DNA of 64,000 nt from an uncultured Chloroflexia bacterium (GCA_963833225.1 CAWHXD010000019.1:448001-512000); one strand, 5' to 3'. Counted from the first letter of the stretch, positions 37,884-48,017 are shown. Made by a program: numbers and translations. Notes: generated by a model from the letters alone, not told the origin.

Positions 37884-38900
37884 ATGTCGTCGATCGACCC
37901 CAGGCCCGAGTCTCCCGGACGGACATTGCCGGCGCCGTCCCACCGCGGGGAGCTGTTCGCCGCCCTGGCCGCCATGGGCTTCGGGTCTGCCTATGTCGCC
38001 ACGTCGTTCGCGCTGCTTGCCTTCGAGCCGGTGCCGGCCGCAGCGTGGCGGAGCTTCCTGGCCGCGATCGCCGTCGGGATCCTGGTGGTCGTGCGTGGGA
38101 GTCGCCGCCGGCGCGCCGCCGGGGTGCCGCCCACGTCCGTCGAGGGCAGGGCGCCCGCCGTGACGATGACGGCGGTCCACCCCGGCGCCGCTCACCGCGC
38201 GGTCCGGATGCTGGTGCTTGCGACCTTTGCCGGACCGCTGTTCCTGGCATCGATGAACCTTGCGGTCGCCCACGTCGGAGCTGCGATCGCCGCCTTTGTC
38301 GCGGGGCTCTACGCCGTCCTGTCGGCGGTCATCGCGCCCGTCCTGCTGCCGGAGAGGCTGACGATGCGGGTGCTGGCCGGCTTCGTGCTGGCCCTGATCG
38401 GCACCGCCCTCCTCGCTGAGCTGGACCCCAACGGGACCGACATCGCGGGGATCGGCTGGGGCGTCCTCGCCGCGTCGTCGTTCGCGCTGTACCTGGTGCT
38501 CGCGCGTCGATGGTCGAGGCCGTTCCGCCTCGAGGGTGTCATGGTCGCGCTCTCCACCGGGGTTCTGAGCGCCGTTGTGCTTGGCGGGTTCGTGCTCATG
38601 ACCAATGCCGGGTCGCTCCTGCCACCCCGCCCGCCCGCCGAGGCGATCGTGGCCCTCGGCTGGATGGCGGCAGTGGCCGCGCTGGGCCCGGTCCTGACGG
38701 TCGCAAGCGTCCGGCGCATCCCGGCGGCGCGCTCGGCCGCCTTCCTGCTGCTCAACCCGATCACGGCGACCGTTCTTGCCGTGATCCTGCTCGGCGAACG
38801 GCTCTCACCGCTGCAGCTCGGGGGTGGCGCGCTGGTGCTGCTCGGGATGGCCGCCGCCACGGTCCCGCGCCCGGTGCGCAGGAATCGAATGGCGGGGTAG
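37884..38900 (+). CDS. DMT/EamA-family transporter
   Basis: About 10 TM helices, LLPERL, LLNPITA..LLGERL. Confidence 0.88.
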   Translation: MSSIDPRPESPGRTLPAPSHRGELFAALAAMGFGSAYVATSFALLAFEPVPAAAWRSFLAAIAVGILVVVRGSRRRRAAGVPPTSVEGRAPAVTMTAVHPGAAHRAVRMLVLATFAGPLFLASMNLAVAHVGAAIAAFVAGLYAVLSAVIAPVLLPERLTMRVLAGFVLALIGTALLAELDPNGTDIAGIGWGVLAASSFALYLVLARRWSRPFRLEGVMVALSTGVLSAVVLGGFVLMTNAGSLLPPRPPAEAIVALGWMAAVAALGPVLTVASVRRIPAARSAAFLLLNPITATVLAVILLGERLSPLQLGGGALVLLGMAAATVPRPVRRNRMAG

Positions 38901-38927
38901 GCGCCCGCCGTTCCCGCCAGCGTCGTT

Positions 38928-39797
38928 TCAGCCGGCCCGCGTGTCGATGAACCGCAGCCAGTTGCGCAGCTCGAGCTCCCGGACCTCGGGGTCGATGATG
39001 TCGTCGCCCACGTTGAGCTCCGCACGCAGCTCCGCCGAACCCGGGTTGGCGGCGAGCTCCTTCATCCTGGCCGCGTAGGTCGCCACGGCGGCTTCATCGG
39101 GGAAGTGCCCCTCCCGCACCAGCGCCTTCGCCCTCGCCGCGATCAGGCGTCCCATCTCGAACAGGTTGTACTCGGGATGGTATTGGGTGCTCCAGAACGA
39201 GGCCGCCCCGTCCTCGATGACGGCGGCCTGGATCCGGGTGTGGGCGTTGGTTGCGAGCGAGGGGGTGCCTGCGGGCAGGCGGGTGACCTCGTCGAGATGC
39301 ATGATGAAGGCATCGAACACCGCCGGCCTTCCCGCCAGCATCGGCGAGGCGCGCCCGGCATCGGTCAGCCGGATGTCGCGCGCCAGCCCCCACTCGCGCC
39401 CGCGCGGGTTCGCGGCCACCTCGCCGCCGGCCACCACGGACGCAAGCTGGAGACCCCAGCAGCTGCCCCAGCAGGCGGCTCCCGCCTGCATCAGCGCGCG
39501 CGCGAAGTTGATCTGCGCGGCAACTCGCGGGTCGTCCGCGTGATAGACGGTGAGGTCCGACCCCGTCCAGATGAACCCGTCGAAGTCGTCGATGGACGTG
39601 CCGGGTGGGAGCGCGAAGTCCGGGTCGGCGACGTAGACGATCTCGGTGGTGGCGTTGGGGGCTTCCCTCCGGAGGAAGGCGTTGAACAGGTCGTGCGGGT
39701 GACCGACGTCGGACTGGTCGAATCGCTCGCGGCTGGCCGCCGGATAGCCGTTCACGATGCAGAACCGGTGAGGCGCTGTGGTGGTGGGTGATGTCAT
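38928..39797 (-). CDS. Stand-alone type 1 glutamine amidotransferase (GMP-synthase-like)
   Basis: WTGS, GSCWGLQ, HLDEV, QYHPE. Confidence 0.88.
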   Translation of the reverse strand: MTSPTTTAPHRFCIVNGYPAASRERFDQSDVGHPHDLFNAFLRREAPNATTEIVYVADPDFALPPGTSIDDFDGFIWTGSDLTVYHADDPRVAAQINFARALMQAGAACWGSCWGLQLASVVAGGEVAANPRGREWGLARDIRLTDAGRASPMLAGRPAVFDAFIMHLDEVTRLPAGTPSLATNAHTRIQAAVIEDGAASFWSTQYHPEYNLFEMGRLIAARAKALVREGHFPDEAAVATYAARMKELAANPGSAELRAELNVGDDIIDPEVRELELRNWLRFIDTRAG

Positions 39798-40591
39798 GTT
39801 CGTGCGACTCGCTGTGGAAAATCCGTGATGAGCCCGGTGATGCCGATCTCGATCAGCTGCGAGATGGCGTCGGGATCGTTGACAGGGTAGGGGTTGAGCC
39901 TGATCCCGCGGGCAAGCTGCTCCTCGATCTGCCCGATCGAGATCCGCGTGATCCGGGGATTGAACGTGTCGAAGAACGGGTCGCTGAAGTCGATCTGGTC
40001 GTCCGGGAACAGGCCAAGGACGGCCTGGACCTCGAAGTCGGGCCTGCGCTGCTTCAGCACCTTGAGCCATGCGTGTCGGGCCGATGAGAACAGGAGGCGA
40101 TCGGGCCCGATCCCCACCTCGTCGACCAGTGCGAGGACGGCGCCGACCACGTCGAACCGGTCCTTGGGTTCGGGCTGAGCCTTGAGCTCGAGGTTGAGGA
40201 ACCAGTCCAGCTCGAGCGTCAGCTCGAACGCTTCGCGAACCGTCGGGACCTTCTCGCCGACATTGGCATCCAGCTCGCTGCGCCCGATGGCGCCGGCCGC
40301 CACCTGCTCGAACGGGTCGTCCCGCTCGAACCAGGACCCGGCGTCGAGGGACCGGATCTCCGCCAGGGTGTAGGTCGAGAACGGCGCCGGAACGCGGTCC
40401 GGGAACTTGTCGGCGACGTCGGTCGTGCGCATCATCGCGTCGTCGTGCATCAGCACGAGCTGGTCGTCGGCCGTGACCGCGACGTCGGTCTCCCACCGGT
40501 CGGCGCCGACCGCATGCGCCTTGCGGGCAGCCGCCAGCGTGTTCTCCGGCGCGAGACTCCGGGCGCCACGGTGGGCGATGTTGGTGACCAT
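39794..40591 (-). CDS. Glycerophosphodiester phosphodiesterase
   Basis: AHRG, PENT, ETDV..TAD, HD, NLELK, ITDFP. Confidence 0.92.
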   Translation of the reverse strand: MVTNIAHRGARSLAPENTLAAARKAHAVGADRWETDVAVTADDQLVLMHDDAMMRTTDVADKFPDRVPAPFSTYTLAEIRSLDAGSWFERDDPFEQVAAGAIGRSELDANVGEKVPTVREAFELTLELDWFLNLELKAQPEPKDRFDVVGAVLALVDEVGIGPDRLLFSSARHAWLKVLKQRRPDFEVQAVLGLFPDDQIDFSDPFFDTFNPRITRISIGQIEEQLARGIRLNPYPVNDPDAISQLIEIGITGLITDFPQRVART

Positions 40592-40832
40592 TCGGCTGTA
40601 TCGGCGTCTCCGACCCGGAGATGAGGCCATGGGCAACGAGTCCGGATCAAGAGTAGGGGATCAGGAGCGCCGGCGACCGGAGCTCGACCACGATCACCTC
40701 CGAGGCCAGCGCGGATCTCACCCGTCCGTTCAGCGGCGGGCCGAGCTGAGAGGTGGACGAGCGTGCAACGATCAATCGAACGTCGCGTCGCGGTCGAGGT
40801 CCGTCCGCGCGTGCGCCGTCGATCGGGAGGCG

Positions 40833-41756
40833 ATGCCCATGCGTGACCTCAAGCTGGGCCTCGTGCTCCCGCTCTACGAGGAACCGGAGACCGGGCAGCC
40901 CCACCGGTGGGACGAGCTGCGGGCCATGGCCAGGCTCGCGGAGGCCATCGGTTTCGATACGGTCTGGGTCCCCGACGAGCTCCTGTGGCGGGTGTCCGAG
41001 TGGTCCGGCCCGCGAGGCTGGTGGGAGTGCATTGCGGTGACCGGCGCCGTCGCGGAGGCGACCGAGCGGGTCGAGGTCGGGACCTGGGTGCTGTCCGCCA
41101 ACCAGCGCAACCCGGGACTCACCGTTCGTGCCGTCGAGACGCTGGACGAGATCAGCGGTGGGCGATTCGTGTTCGGTCTGGGCGCCGGCAGCGGCGACTC
41201 CGAGGCCAAGGCCTACGGACTCCCGCTCGACAAGGTCGTCAGCCGGTTCGAGGACTCGCTCGAGATCATCATGCCACTGCTGCGGACCGGCCATGCCGAC
41301 CACGAGGGGCCGTACCACCAGGCCAGGGACCTCGAATCGCGGCCGCGAGGACCACGGTCCGGTGCCATCCCCCTGATGGTGGGTGCCGGCGGTCCGAGGA
41401 CGATCGCCCTTGCCGCCCGGCACGCGGACATCTGGAGCTACTACGCGCAGGAGCGCAGCGAGCCCGCCGAGTTCGTGCCGCTGATCGCGCAGGTCGAGGC
41501 GGCGTGCGAGGCGATCGGCCGGGACCCGGCCACGATCGGCCGGTCGGCGGGGATCCTCGTGGAGCCAACCGACGCGACCGGCGCCGAGGCGACGGGCCTG
41601 GGCGTGCCGGTCCGCGGCTCGGCCGACCAGGTCGCCGATGCCATCCGGGCTTTTGCCGACGTCGGCGTGACGCAGGTCGAATGCATGCTCTGGCCAACGA
41701 CCATCGCCTCGCTCGAGGCGATGGGCCCGGTGGTTGAGCGCCTGGATCACGCCTGA
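40833..41756 (+). CDS. LLM-class flavin/F420-dependent oxidoreductase
   Basis: AEAIGFDTVW, RNP, TLDEISGGRF.FGLGAG, GPRTI. Confidence 0.88.
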   Translation: MPMRDLKLGLVLPLYEEPETGQPHRWDELRAMARLAEAIGFDTVWVPDELLWRVSEWSGPRGWWECIAVTGAVAEATERVEVGTWVLSANQRNPGLTVRAVETLDEISGGRFVFGLGAGSGDSEAKAYGLPLDKVVSRFEDSLEIIMPLLRTGHADHEGPYHQARDLESRPRGPRSGAIPLMVGAGGPRTIALAARHADIWSYYAQERSEPAEFVPLIAQVEAACEAIGRDPATIGRSAGILVEPTDATGAEATGLGVPVRGSADQVADAIRAFADVGVTQVECMLWPTTIASLEAMGPVVERLDHA

Positions 41757-41793
41757 TCGGCGCCGCTCGCCTTCTGCTCCTGCGCCGTGGTGA

Positions 41794-42219
41794 TCAGCCG
41801 TACTGGCTGAGCTCCACGAGATGGCCGTCCGGGTCCCGGGTGAAGCAGCGGGTCTCGAGGCCATTGACCACCGGTGGCGTCAGGAACGAGGCCCCGCGAG
41901 CGAGCAGCGTCCGGTAGACCGCGCGGCAGTCGGACACCCGGATTGTCATCGCGTGGCTCACGGTCGTGCGGTCCACCGGTGGCACGAACGTCACGTCCGG
42001 CTTGTCGGGCGTCGGTCCCCCGCCGGTGACCAGGAGCAGCCAGCAGCCTCCGAGCCGGAGCACGGCCGACGTTCCGCCGTACTCGCGATACGGCTCGGCA
42101 CCGAGCACGGACGTCCACCAGGTGCGGGCGCGCCCGATGTCGGAGACCACCAGGATGTGGGTCATCTCGATCCCGGCCTCCGGGAAGCCCGGCGCGGCTG
42201 GCTGATCGTCTGGGCTCAT
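41794..42219 (-). CDS. VOC/glyoxalase family protein
   Basis: HILVVSD, RCFTRDPDGHLVE. Confidence 0.88.
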   Translation of the reverse strand: MSPDDQPAAPGFPEAGIEMTHILVVSDIGRARTWWTSVLGAEPYREYGGTSAVLRLGGCWLLLVTGGGPTPDKPDVTFVPPVDRTTVSHAMTIRVSDCRAVYRTLLARGASFLTPPVVNGLETRCFTRDPDGHLVELSQYG

Positions 42220-42349
42220 GCGACTCCTCCAGCAGTGGGGGCGATGCCAGTTGGTCTTGGTCTCCACGTCTGCAGAGGCTACGTCGGCCCCGTGTAGGGC
42301 GGGCGTCGAGACCGGGATCGTGGCCAGGTCGCGGTGTAGGCTGCGAGCC

Positions 42350-43357
42350 ATGGACTTCGGATTCACGCTCAAGCCTGACCACAACGTCGCACGCTCCATC
42401 GCGCTCACGAGGCAGGCAGAGGCTGCCGGGTTCAGCTACGGCTGGCTGTTCGACTCCCACGTGGCATTCAGGGAGGTCTACCCGCTTCTCACGCTGATGG
42501 CCATCAACACCACCACGATGCGCCTCGGCACGTGCGTGACCAACCCGGCCACGCGGGAGCCAAGCGTGACCGCGAGCGCGCTCGCAACGCTCGATGAGAT
42601 CTCGGGGGGCCGCATGGATCTGGGCATCGGCCGCGGCGATACCTCGGTCCGCGCCGTCGGCAGGGCCCCCACCACCCTGAAGACCATGGAGGAGGCGGTG
42701 ACCGTCATCCGGGACCTGGTCGAGGGCCGCCCGACCGCGGATGGGCGCGGCGAGCAGGGGCTGAAATGGACGGGGCGCTGGAAGCTGCCCGTATGGATCG
42801 CCGGCTATGGCCCGATGGCGCTGGCCATGACCGGTCGCATCGCCGACGGGCTGATCCTGCAGCTGGCGGATCCGGACCTGGTTCGATGGATGGCCGGCAC
42901 CATGCGCGAGTCGGCCGAGAAGGCCGGTCGCGATCCCGCCTCGATCAAGATCCAGGCCGCAGCTCCGGCACACGTGGGCAGCCTCGAAGAGAGCCGTGAG
43001 CATGTGCGCTGGTTCCCGGGAGCCGTCGGCAACCACGTCGTCGACCTGGTGAACCGGTATCCGATCGACCAGCTGCCTGCGTCGCTGACCCGCTATCTCC
43101 GTGACCATGATGGCGAGCATGATCGCCGCCAGGACGAGTTTGGCGCCTCGGGCGCGTCGTCCGTGCCGGATGACGTCGTGGATCGATTCGCCATCGTCGG
43201 CCCGCCGGGCGAGCACGTGCGGCGGCTCAGGGAGCTCAGCGAGGCCGGCGTCGACCAGTTCAACCTCTACCTGATGAACGGGGACGAGGAGGCGCAGCTG
43301 GAGGCGTACGGGTCCTCCGTCATCCCCGCCTTGAGAGCGGCCCTCGGCGAGGCATGA
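42350..43357 (+). CDS. LLM-class F420-dependent oxidoreductase (TIGR03842-like)
   Basis: MDFG..L, WLFDSHV, GTCVTNP.TR, GIGRGD, AGYGP, QLADP, DQFNLYLM. Confidence 0.85.
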   Translation: MDFGFTLKPDHNVARSIALTRQAEAAGFSYGWLFDSHVAFREVYPLLTLMAINTTTMRLGTCVTNPATREPSVTASALATLDEISGGRMDLGIGRGDTSVRAVGRAPTTLKTMEEAVTVIRDLVEGRPTADGRGEQGLKWTGRWKLPVWIAGYGPMALAMTGRIADGLILQLADPDLVRWMAGTMRESAEKAGRDPASIKIQAAAPAHVGSLEESREHVRWFPGAVGNHVVDLVNRYPIDQLPASLTRYLRDHDGEHDRRQDEFGASGASSVPDDVVDRFAIVGPPGEHVRRLRELSEAGVDQFNLYLMNGDEEAQLEAYGSSVIPALRAALGEA

Positions 43358-43364
43358 TCCGGGC

Positions 43365-43637
43365 GTGGTGACCGCGGCAACCGGTGGCTTCGACTTCGTC
43401 GCCGGCTGGCTCGTCGTTGCCTACATCCTCGTGGGCGTCTTCCTGGTGAACGCCTTCGCCGTCGGGGATCGGGTCGTCCGAGTGGCCAAGGAGGCCGTCG
43501 AGGCGGAGGATGGCAAGCGCCCGCTGGAGGGGGTCGCTTCGGACATGGCCTCCGCCCGGGCGGTCTACCTCGTCGGCGCGAACGTCGTGCTCTTCGCGGT
43601 CATCATCGCGGACATGGTCCTCAAGCCGTTGCCCTAG
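43365..43637 (+). pseudogene. 5'-truncated membrane protein fragment (DUF2269-like C-terminus)
   Basis: Ends IIADMVLKP; only about 2 TM helices and no N-terminal half. Confidence 0.5.
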
Positions 43638-43649
43638 GCGCGTCGCGGT

Positions 43650-43674
43650 GCCGGCGGGCCGTTGGCCCGCCGGC
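43650..43674. terminator. 11-bp hairpin between convergent genes
   Basis: GCCGGCGGGCC-gtt-GGCCCGCCGGC. Confidence 0.6.
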
Positions 43675-43689
43675 GACGGTTCGGTCGGC

Positions 43690-44940
43690 TCAGTAGTTGT
43701 GCACCACCGAGTGGAACGAGTTGGACTTGAGCCCGGTCACGTGGATGGTGCCCGAGCGGTAGATACCCCAGTACTCGTGCGCGATCGAGTTACGCGCGAC
43801 GAGCACGTGAACCGGCACGGACACGCTGCCGATAGCGATCCCGGTGCGCCGCGGATGCGACTGGAAGTCGGGGTCCGCGCCGTTGCCGGAGATCGTGTTG
43901 GCCACGACCACGTTGCCCGAGACGTTCTGGCCGCTCGTGTGCGAGTGGATTGCGACCCCGGCCTCGCCGTTGTTGCGGAGCACATTGGAGATCACGAGGT
44001 TGTCGTAGGACGCCATGCCTTCCGCCGCCGCGAACATGCCGACCCCAGCACCACCGTTGCCGATCGAGACGTTGTCGAAGATCGTGTTGTGGTAAACGCC
44101 GCCCTTGGTGGGATCGGTGGTCGCCGCGGGGTTGTGAGAGGGGAGCGTGATCCCGCAGTCCAGCTTGTTGTTCCGGGCGGTGTTGTAGGCGACCAGGTTG
44201 TCGTGGTTGGGACCCACCTCGTCGCTGAGCAGGATCCCGCCCACGTTGTCGTGGACGTTGTTCCGCAGGACCTTCGAGTCGGCGACGCTCATCAGGTGGA
44301 TCGCCTCACCGCAATCACCGGGGACCGGACCCTGCGCCTGGCACTCGAACGGCTGCGGGCTGTACGTCTCGGTTGCGCCCTTGTCGTTGAACTTGACCAC
44401 GTTGTCCGCGATGCGCACGTTCGACGTCAGCGCGGCAAGGATCCCCTCTGCGGGGGCGTGCTTGACGGTGAAGCCACTGAACGAGGTGCCCGCCGAGTCG
44501 GGCCCCACGATCAGGACGCCCCAGCCGATGATCCCGGCACTGCCCAGGTCACCTCCGATGTCGGCCACGATGCCGTTGGCGTTGATCACCGCGTGGTGGC
44601 CGACCAGGCTCAGCTTCTTGGGGATGACGACCGCTTCGTGATAGGAACCGCGACGGACGATGATCGTCGTGCCGGGTGCGGCGACGTCGATGGCGTGGTT
44701 GATGTGCCGGCACGGCGCAGCGTACGAGCACGGGCCTCCGTCGCTCCCTGTCGTTGAGACCCACAACTTGCCCGGGCTCACCGCCGCGACCGGTGCGGCG
44801 CCGAGCAGGACTGCGGCCAGGGCCGTCGCAATCGCGGCGGCACCAACGCGGACGAGCACCTGCCGGATGGTCCAGAACCTTGCCAATCGGCTGACAGGCC
44901 GATCGACGGGCATGGCAAATCGGCGGGACGCGGAATCCAT
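43690..44940 (-). CDS. Secreted right-handed parallel beta-helix protein (pectin lyase/NosD-like)
   Basis: Signal-like hydrophobic stretch ending AAA; VS..GSD..PC..I..AI; Asn-ladder repeats. Confidence 0.8.
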   Translation of the reverse strand: MDSASRRFAMPVDRPVSRLARFWTIRQVLVRVGAAAIATALAAVLLGAAPVAAVSPGKLWVSTTGSDGGPCSYAAPCRHINHAIDVAAPGTTIIVRRGSYHEAVVIPKKLSLVGHHAVINANGIVADIGGDLGSAGIIGWGVLIVGPDSAGTSFSGFTVKHAPAEGILAALTSNVRIADNVVKFNDKGATETYSPQPFECQAQGPVPGDCGEAIHLMSVADSKVLRNNVHDNVGGILLSDEVGPNHDNLVAYNTARNNKLDCGITLPSHNPAATTDPTKGGVYHNTIFDNVSIGNGGAGVGMFAAAEGMASYDNLVISNVLRNNGEAGVAIHSHTSGQNVSGNVVVANTISGNGADPDFQSHPRRTGIAIGSVSVPVHVLVARNSIAHEYWGIYRSGTIHVTGLKSNSFHSVVHNY

Positions 44941-45279
44941 CTACGGATCCTCCGACTATGACTGCGGCAGGTGATCGGGCTCGCCAGTGGCTCGGCGCGG
45001 CTCAGGCGGCCGGTGCTGGGGCCGCGCGTCTTCGCCTTCATCTGCACATGTGAGTGAACTCTAGTGCGATTCTCGGAACCCATCCCAGATCGCGGATCCC
45101 GACGTCCCGCGTCCCGTTCGCCGGGCGGCGCCGAGCGACTTGGCTGGGTTCGGATGGGGTCCGCGACCGGTCGGCGCTGGAGCGATGCGCCGTGGCAAGC
45201 GAATCCGAGCGAACCCGTCAGGGCGGCACCAAGGCACACGCGTAGTCAGGTTGTCGCGCTGAGCACGAGGCAGGGGAAG

Positions 45280-45355
45280 TGGAGCGGGAGACGGGGTTCG
45301 AACCCGCGACATTCAGCTTGGGAAGCTGACACTCTGCCAACTGAGTTACTCCCGC
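45280..45355 (-). tRNA. tRNA-Gly(CCC) with encoded CCA
   Basis: GCGGGAG acceptor stem, TCAGC-TTCCCAA-GCTGA anticodon arm, GGTTCGAA T-loop, 76 nt. Confidence 0.97.
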
Positions 45356-45524
45356 TCGGGGACAGGTCCGCCTGAGCGCGGAGGCCATTCTAGCGGCCAC
45401 GGGCACCAGCGACAACGCTCCCATGCCGACAAGGGAGGTAGCTCCTAACGGCGTCTGCCTGCTGACCCCGGGTCGCTCCTGGATGACAACTGCCGCTGGG
45501 CTCTGTGGCAGGACTGCCGTCGCC

Positions 45525-45701
45525 CTACTGCGCCTCTGCCTCTGCCGAGGCGTCGGGCGTCGGCGCCACAAGCGCCTCGACGGTCGAGACCGCCTCCCCG
45601 TGCGCCGGTGCGAACTCGCAGTCCTCCGGACGGAGGAGGCACACCTGTCGGTCGCGGTCGTAGCCGGGGCAGTCCTCGGTCATGGGACATTCATCGATCA
45701 T
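45525..45701 (-). CDS. 58-aa four-Cys microprotein (absent from the ORF track)
   Basis: Manual translation MIDECPMTEDCPGYDRDRQVCLLRPEDCEF...; GC3-rich codons; TTGACA at 45737-45732. Confidence 0.55.
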   Translation of the reverse strand: MIDECPMTEDCPGYDRDRQVCLLRPEDCEFAPAHGEAVSTVEALVAPTPDASAEAEAQ

Positions 45702-45825
45702 GGCTCAACGATCTGCTCCCGGTTCCCGTCCTGTCAACCATGTCGGCGCGTGGCGCGGCATGACGCGCGACCTCCTCGCCGAGCGCGAGGACACGGTCTT
45801 CGCCTGGTGCCGCGCAGCCGGACCC

Positions 45826-45990
45826 TCATTCGCGTTCGTGCTCGCTGGCGAAGTCGCGCAGCCTGGCGATGTGCTCCAGCTCCAGTCCCACGCGATGGTC
45901 GGTCTCGACGAGCAGCGTTGGCGCATCCCGCGACGTCGCCCGGGCGTGGGCGTCAGGTTCGAACTGGTCATCGACCCAGGTCGCGGCTCG
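45826..45990 (-). pseudogene. C-terminal remnant of a HAD-like protein
   Basis: WVDD...LLVETD..VGL...H...LRDFA*; no intact 5' part. Confidence 0.35.
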
Positions 45991-46056
45991 CCCGCTGTTG
46001 CCGTCTCGGGCGGCAGACGCCGGTCGGGATCGAGGACATCTGCGAAGATCCGACCA

Positions 46057-46791
46057 GTGGGATGGGAAGCACTCGCGCAGTGGGGTGACGACGTCGCCCG
46101 CATCGAACCGCTCGCTGGCGGAGTCGCCAACGAGGTGTGGAGCGTGCGCCTCAGCGGGCGCCTCGCGGTCGGTCGCCTCGGTGCCAGGAGCGACGCTGAT
46201 CTCGCGTGGGAGACCGACCTCCTCGGGCACCTCGACCGTGAAGGCCTGACCGTGCCGGTGCCGATCCCGACGGCGGACGGACGGCTGTTCGCCGACGGTC
46301 TGGTGGTGATGACCTACGTGGAGGGCCGGCCGCCCGAGGCGGAGGCCGACTGGCGTCGCGTGGCCGACACGCTTCGCCAGCTCCATCGGTTGACGCAGGG
46401 CTGGCCGCAGCGCCCTGGCTGGCGATCGTCGACCGACCTCCTGCACGCCGAGACCGGGACGAAGATCGACCTCGGCGCGATGCCGCCTGAGGGCGTTGCT
46501 CGCTGCCGAGCAGCATGGGCGCGGCTCGCCGGACGTCAGACATGCGTCGTCCACGGCAACCCCAACAACCCTGGCAACGTCCGCATGACCGCCAATCGGG
46601 TGGCGTTGATCGACTGGGACGAGTCGCACGTCGACGTCCCGGATCTCGACCTGGTCCTGCCCTACAAGGCCGCCGGTCTCGACGACAGCGCGCACGACAT
46701 CGCCGCGCAGGCGTCGGCCGCATGGGAGGCCGCCGTCTGCTGGGACGACGACTACGCGGTCAAGCGGCTCGCCGACGTTCGAGCGGTCTGA
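46057..46791 (+). CDS. Aminoglycoside-phosphotransferase/choline-kinase-like protein
   Basis: LAGGVANEVW, VP.P, L..LH, VHGNPNNPGNV, LIDWD. Confidence 0.78.
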   Translation: MGWEALAQWGDDVARIEPLAGGVANEVWSVRLSGRLAVGRLGARSDADLAWETDLLGHLDREGLTVPVPIPTADGRLFADGLVVMTYVEGRPPEAEADWRRVADTLRQLHRLTQGWPQRPGWRSSTDLLHAETGTKIDLGAMPPEGVARCRAAWARLAGRQTCVVHGNPNNPGNVRMTANRVALIDWDESHVDVPDLDLVLPYKAAGLDDSAHDIAAQASAAWEAAVCWDDDYAVKRLADVRAV

Positions 46792-46846
46792 CTAGCGACA
46801 GCGGATCAGGTCAGGCATGAGTCGCGTCCTCGGGCTCACTCGGGCC

Positions 46847-47317
46847 CTACGGCCTCGTCCGGAGGTCCACGCTGAAGTCCAGGTGCGCGCGGAGCAGGGT
46901 CAGGGCCACGCTCCATTCCTGGAGCGCCTCCGCCCAGGCGTCGATGGCCCCTGGCTGGTCGAGCGGGAACGGACCGTCCTCGAGCTCCAGCCGGGTCCCG
47001 TACCCGGCGGGTTCGATCGTGAGCCGGACGGTCGTGACCAGGCGCTCGTCCGGAAGCCACGGCCGGCGGAACGCGAACGCACGGCCGGCCCGGGCCTCGA
47101 TCACCTCCCACCACACGCGGCGATCCGGCCACACGAGCATCGTCCGCGTGTCGACGGCGAGCGCACCCTCGACTTGCTCCGGGAGCCAGCGTGCCAGCTC
47201 CTCGGGGTCGGCCCAGGCGCGGGACACGCGCTCGGGCGGGGCGTTCAGCCGCCGGACCATCCGGACGGTTCGCCGGAGCTCGGTCCCAGCAGGCAGGGGC
47301 AGGGTCTCATCGTCCAT
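46847..47317 (-). CDS. SRPBCC/AHSA1 (START-like) protein
   Basis: RRLNAPPERV..AWADPEELARW, GTRLEL, W...L..L. Confidence 0.8.
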   Translation of the reverse strand: MDDETLPLPAGTELRRTVRMVRRLNAPPERVSRAWADPEELARWLPEQVEGALAVDTRTMLVWPDRRVWWEVIEARAGRAFAFRRPWLPDERLVTTVRLTIEPAGYGTRLELEDGPFPLDQPGAIDAWAEALQEWSVALTLLRAHLDFSVDLRTRP

Positions 47318-47582
47318 TGACCGATCCCTCCGCTACCTCCTCGAGGTCTGGCCGGCGGCCGGGCCAACGCGGTGGTCGTGCCAAGGGTAGCCCGTGCCGG
47401 GCCGTTCCCGTCGGGACCGGATCTCGATCCGGCCCTCGGTGCGATGGCCATGTGGGCGGGATCGTGCTTGCCCTCGGCCTGCTCGCCAAACCGGGGTAGC
47501 CGCCCGCGTCAGACGCCGCGACCCACGAAGGCCGCCTCCCCGAATGTGCCGTTCGGCACTAGGGGCCTCCTCAAGCACATGC

Positions 47583-47598
47583 ATGCTGTTGGCATATG
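47583..47598 (+). promoter_or_regulatory. ATGC-N5-GCAT palindrome abutting the second padR start
   Basis: ATGCTGTTGGCAT-ATG. Confidence 0.65.
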
Positions 47599-48016
47599 GA
47601 TGCTGAAACCCACCCGATCCCTCACGTCGATCCGCACCACCATCACGACGGCTACCGCGGCTGGGTGCGTCCTGGTGGTCGGCGCGGCCGCTGGCTCGAA
47701 CCTTTCCTGCTTCGCCTCGTCGCGGAGGGGGAGGCCCACGGCGGGGCGTTGATCGCGCGCCTGAACGAGCTCTGCCTGGCGCCCCGACGGGGTCGATGTG
47801 GGAATGGCCTACCGAACGTTGCGGGAGTTCGAGGCGGAGGGGCTCGTCGGATCCGGGTGGGTGACCAACGACGGGCCGCCCCGACGCACGTATCGGCTCA
47901 CCGACCCCGGGCGAGGGGCGCTCGATGAGTGGATCGCCGTGATGCGCGAGCGGGCTCGGCTGATCGATGCCTTTCTGGACGGAACGGAACGCCTCGATCG
48001 AGGCAAAGGAGGTTGA
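47596..48016 (+). CDS. PadR-family regulator with poly-His N-terminus, copy 2 (+1 frameshift in the C-run near 47785)
   Basis: Collinear with copy 1 once one C is removed. Confidence 0.85.
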
Positions 48017-48017
48017 G

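Noticed and set aside
40640-40780. SAM riboswitch (ATCAAGAG) or TPP riboswitch (GCTGAGA) look-alike
   Set aside because: The remaining conserved elements (GCAACC/GTGC core; CCTGA..AATGC..GCG.AGG) are absent
45280-45355. tRNA-Gly as the integration site of a genomic island
   Set aside because: I saw no integrase and no duplicated tRNA 3' end in the window
45440-45490. Integron attC-like site (CCTAAC)
   Set aside because: No matching GTTRRRY arm or extended palindrome, no cassette array and no integrase
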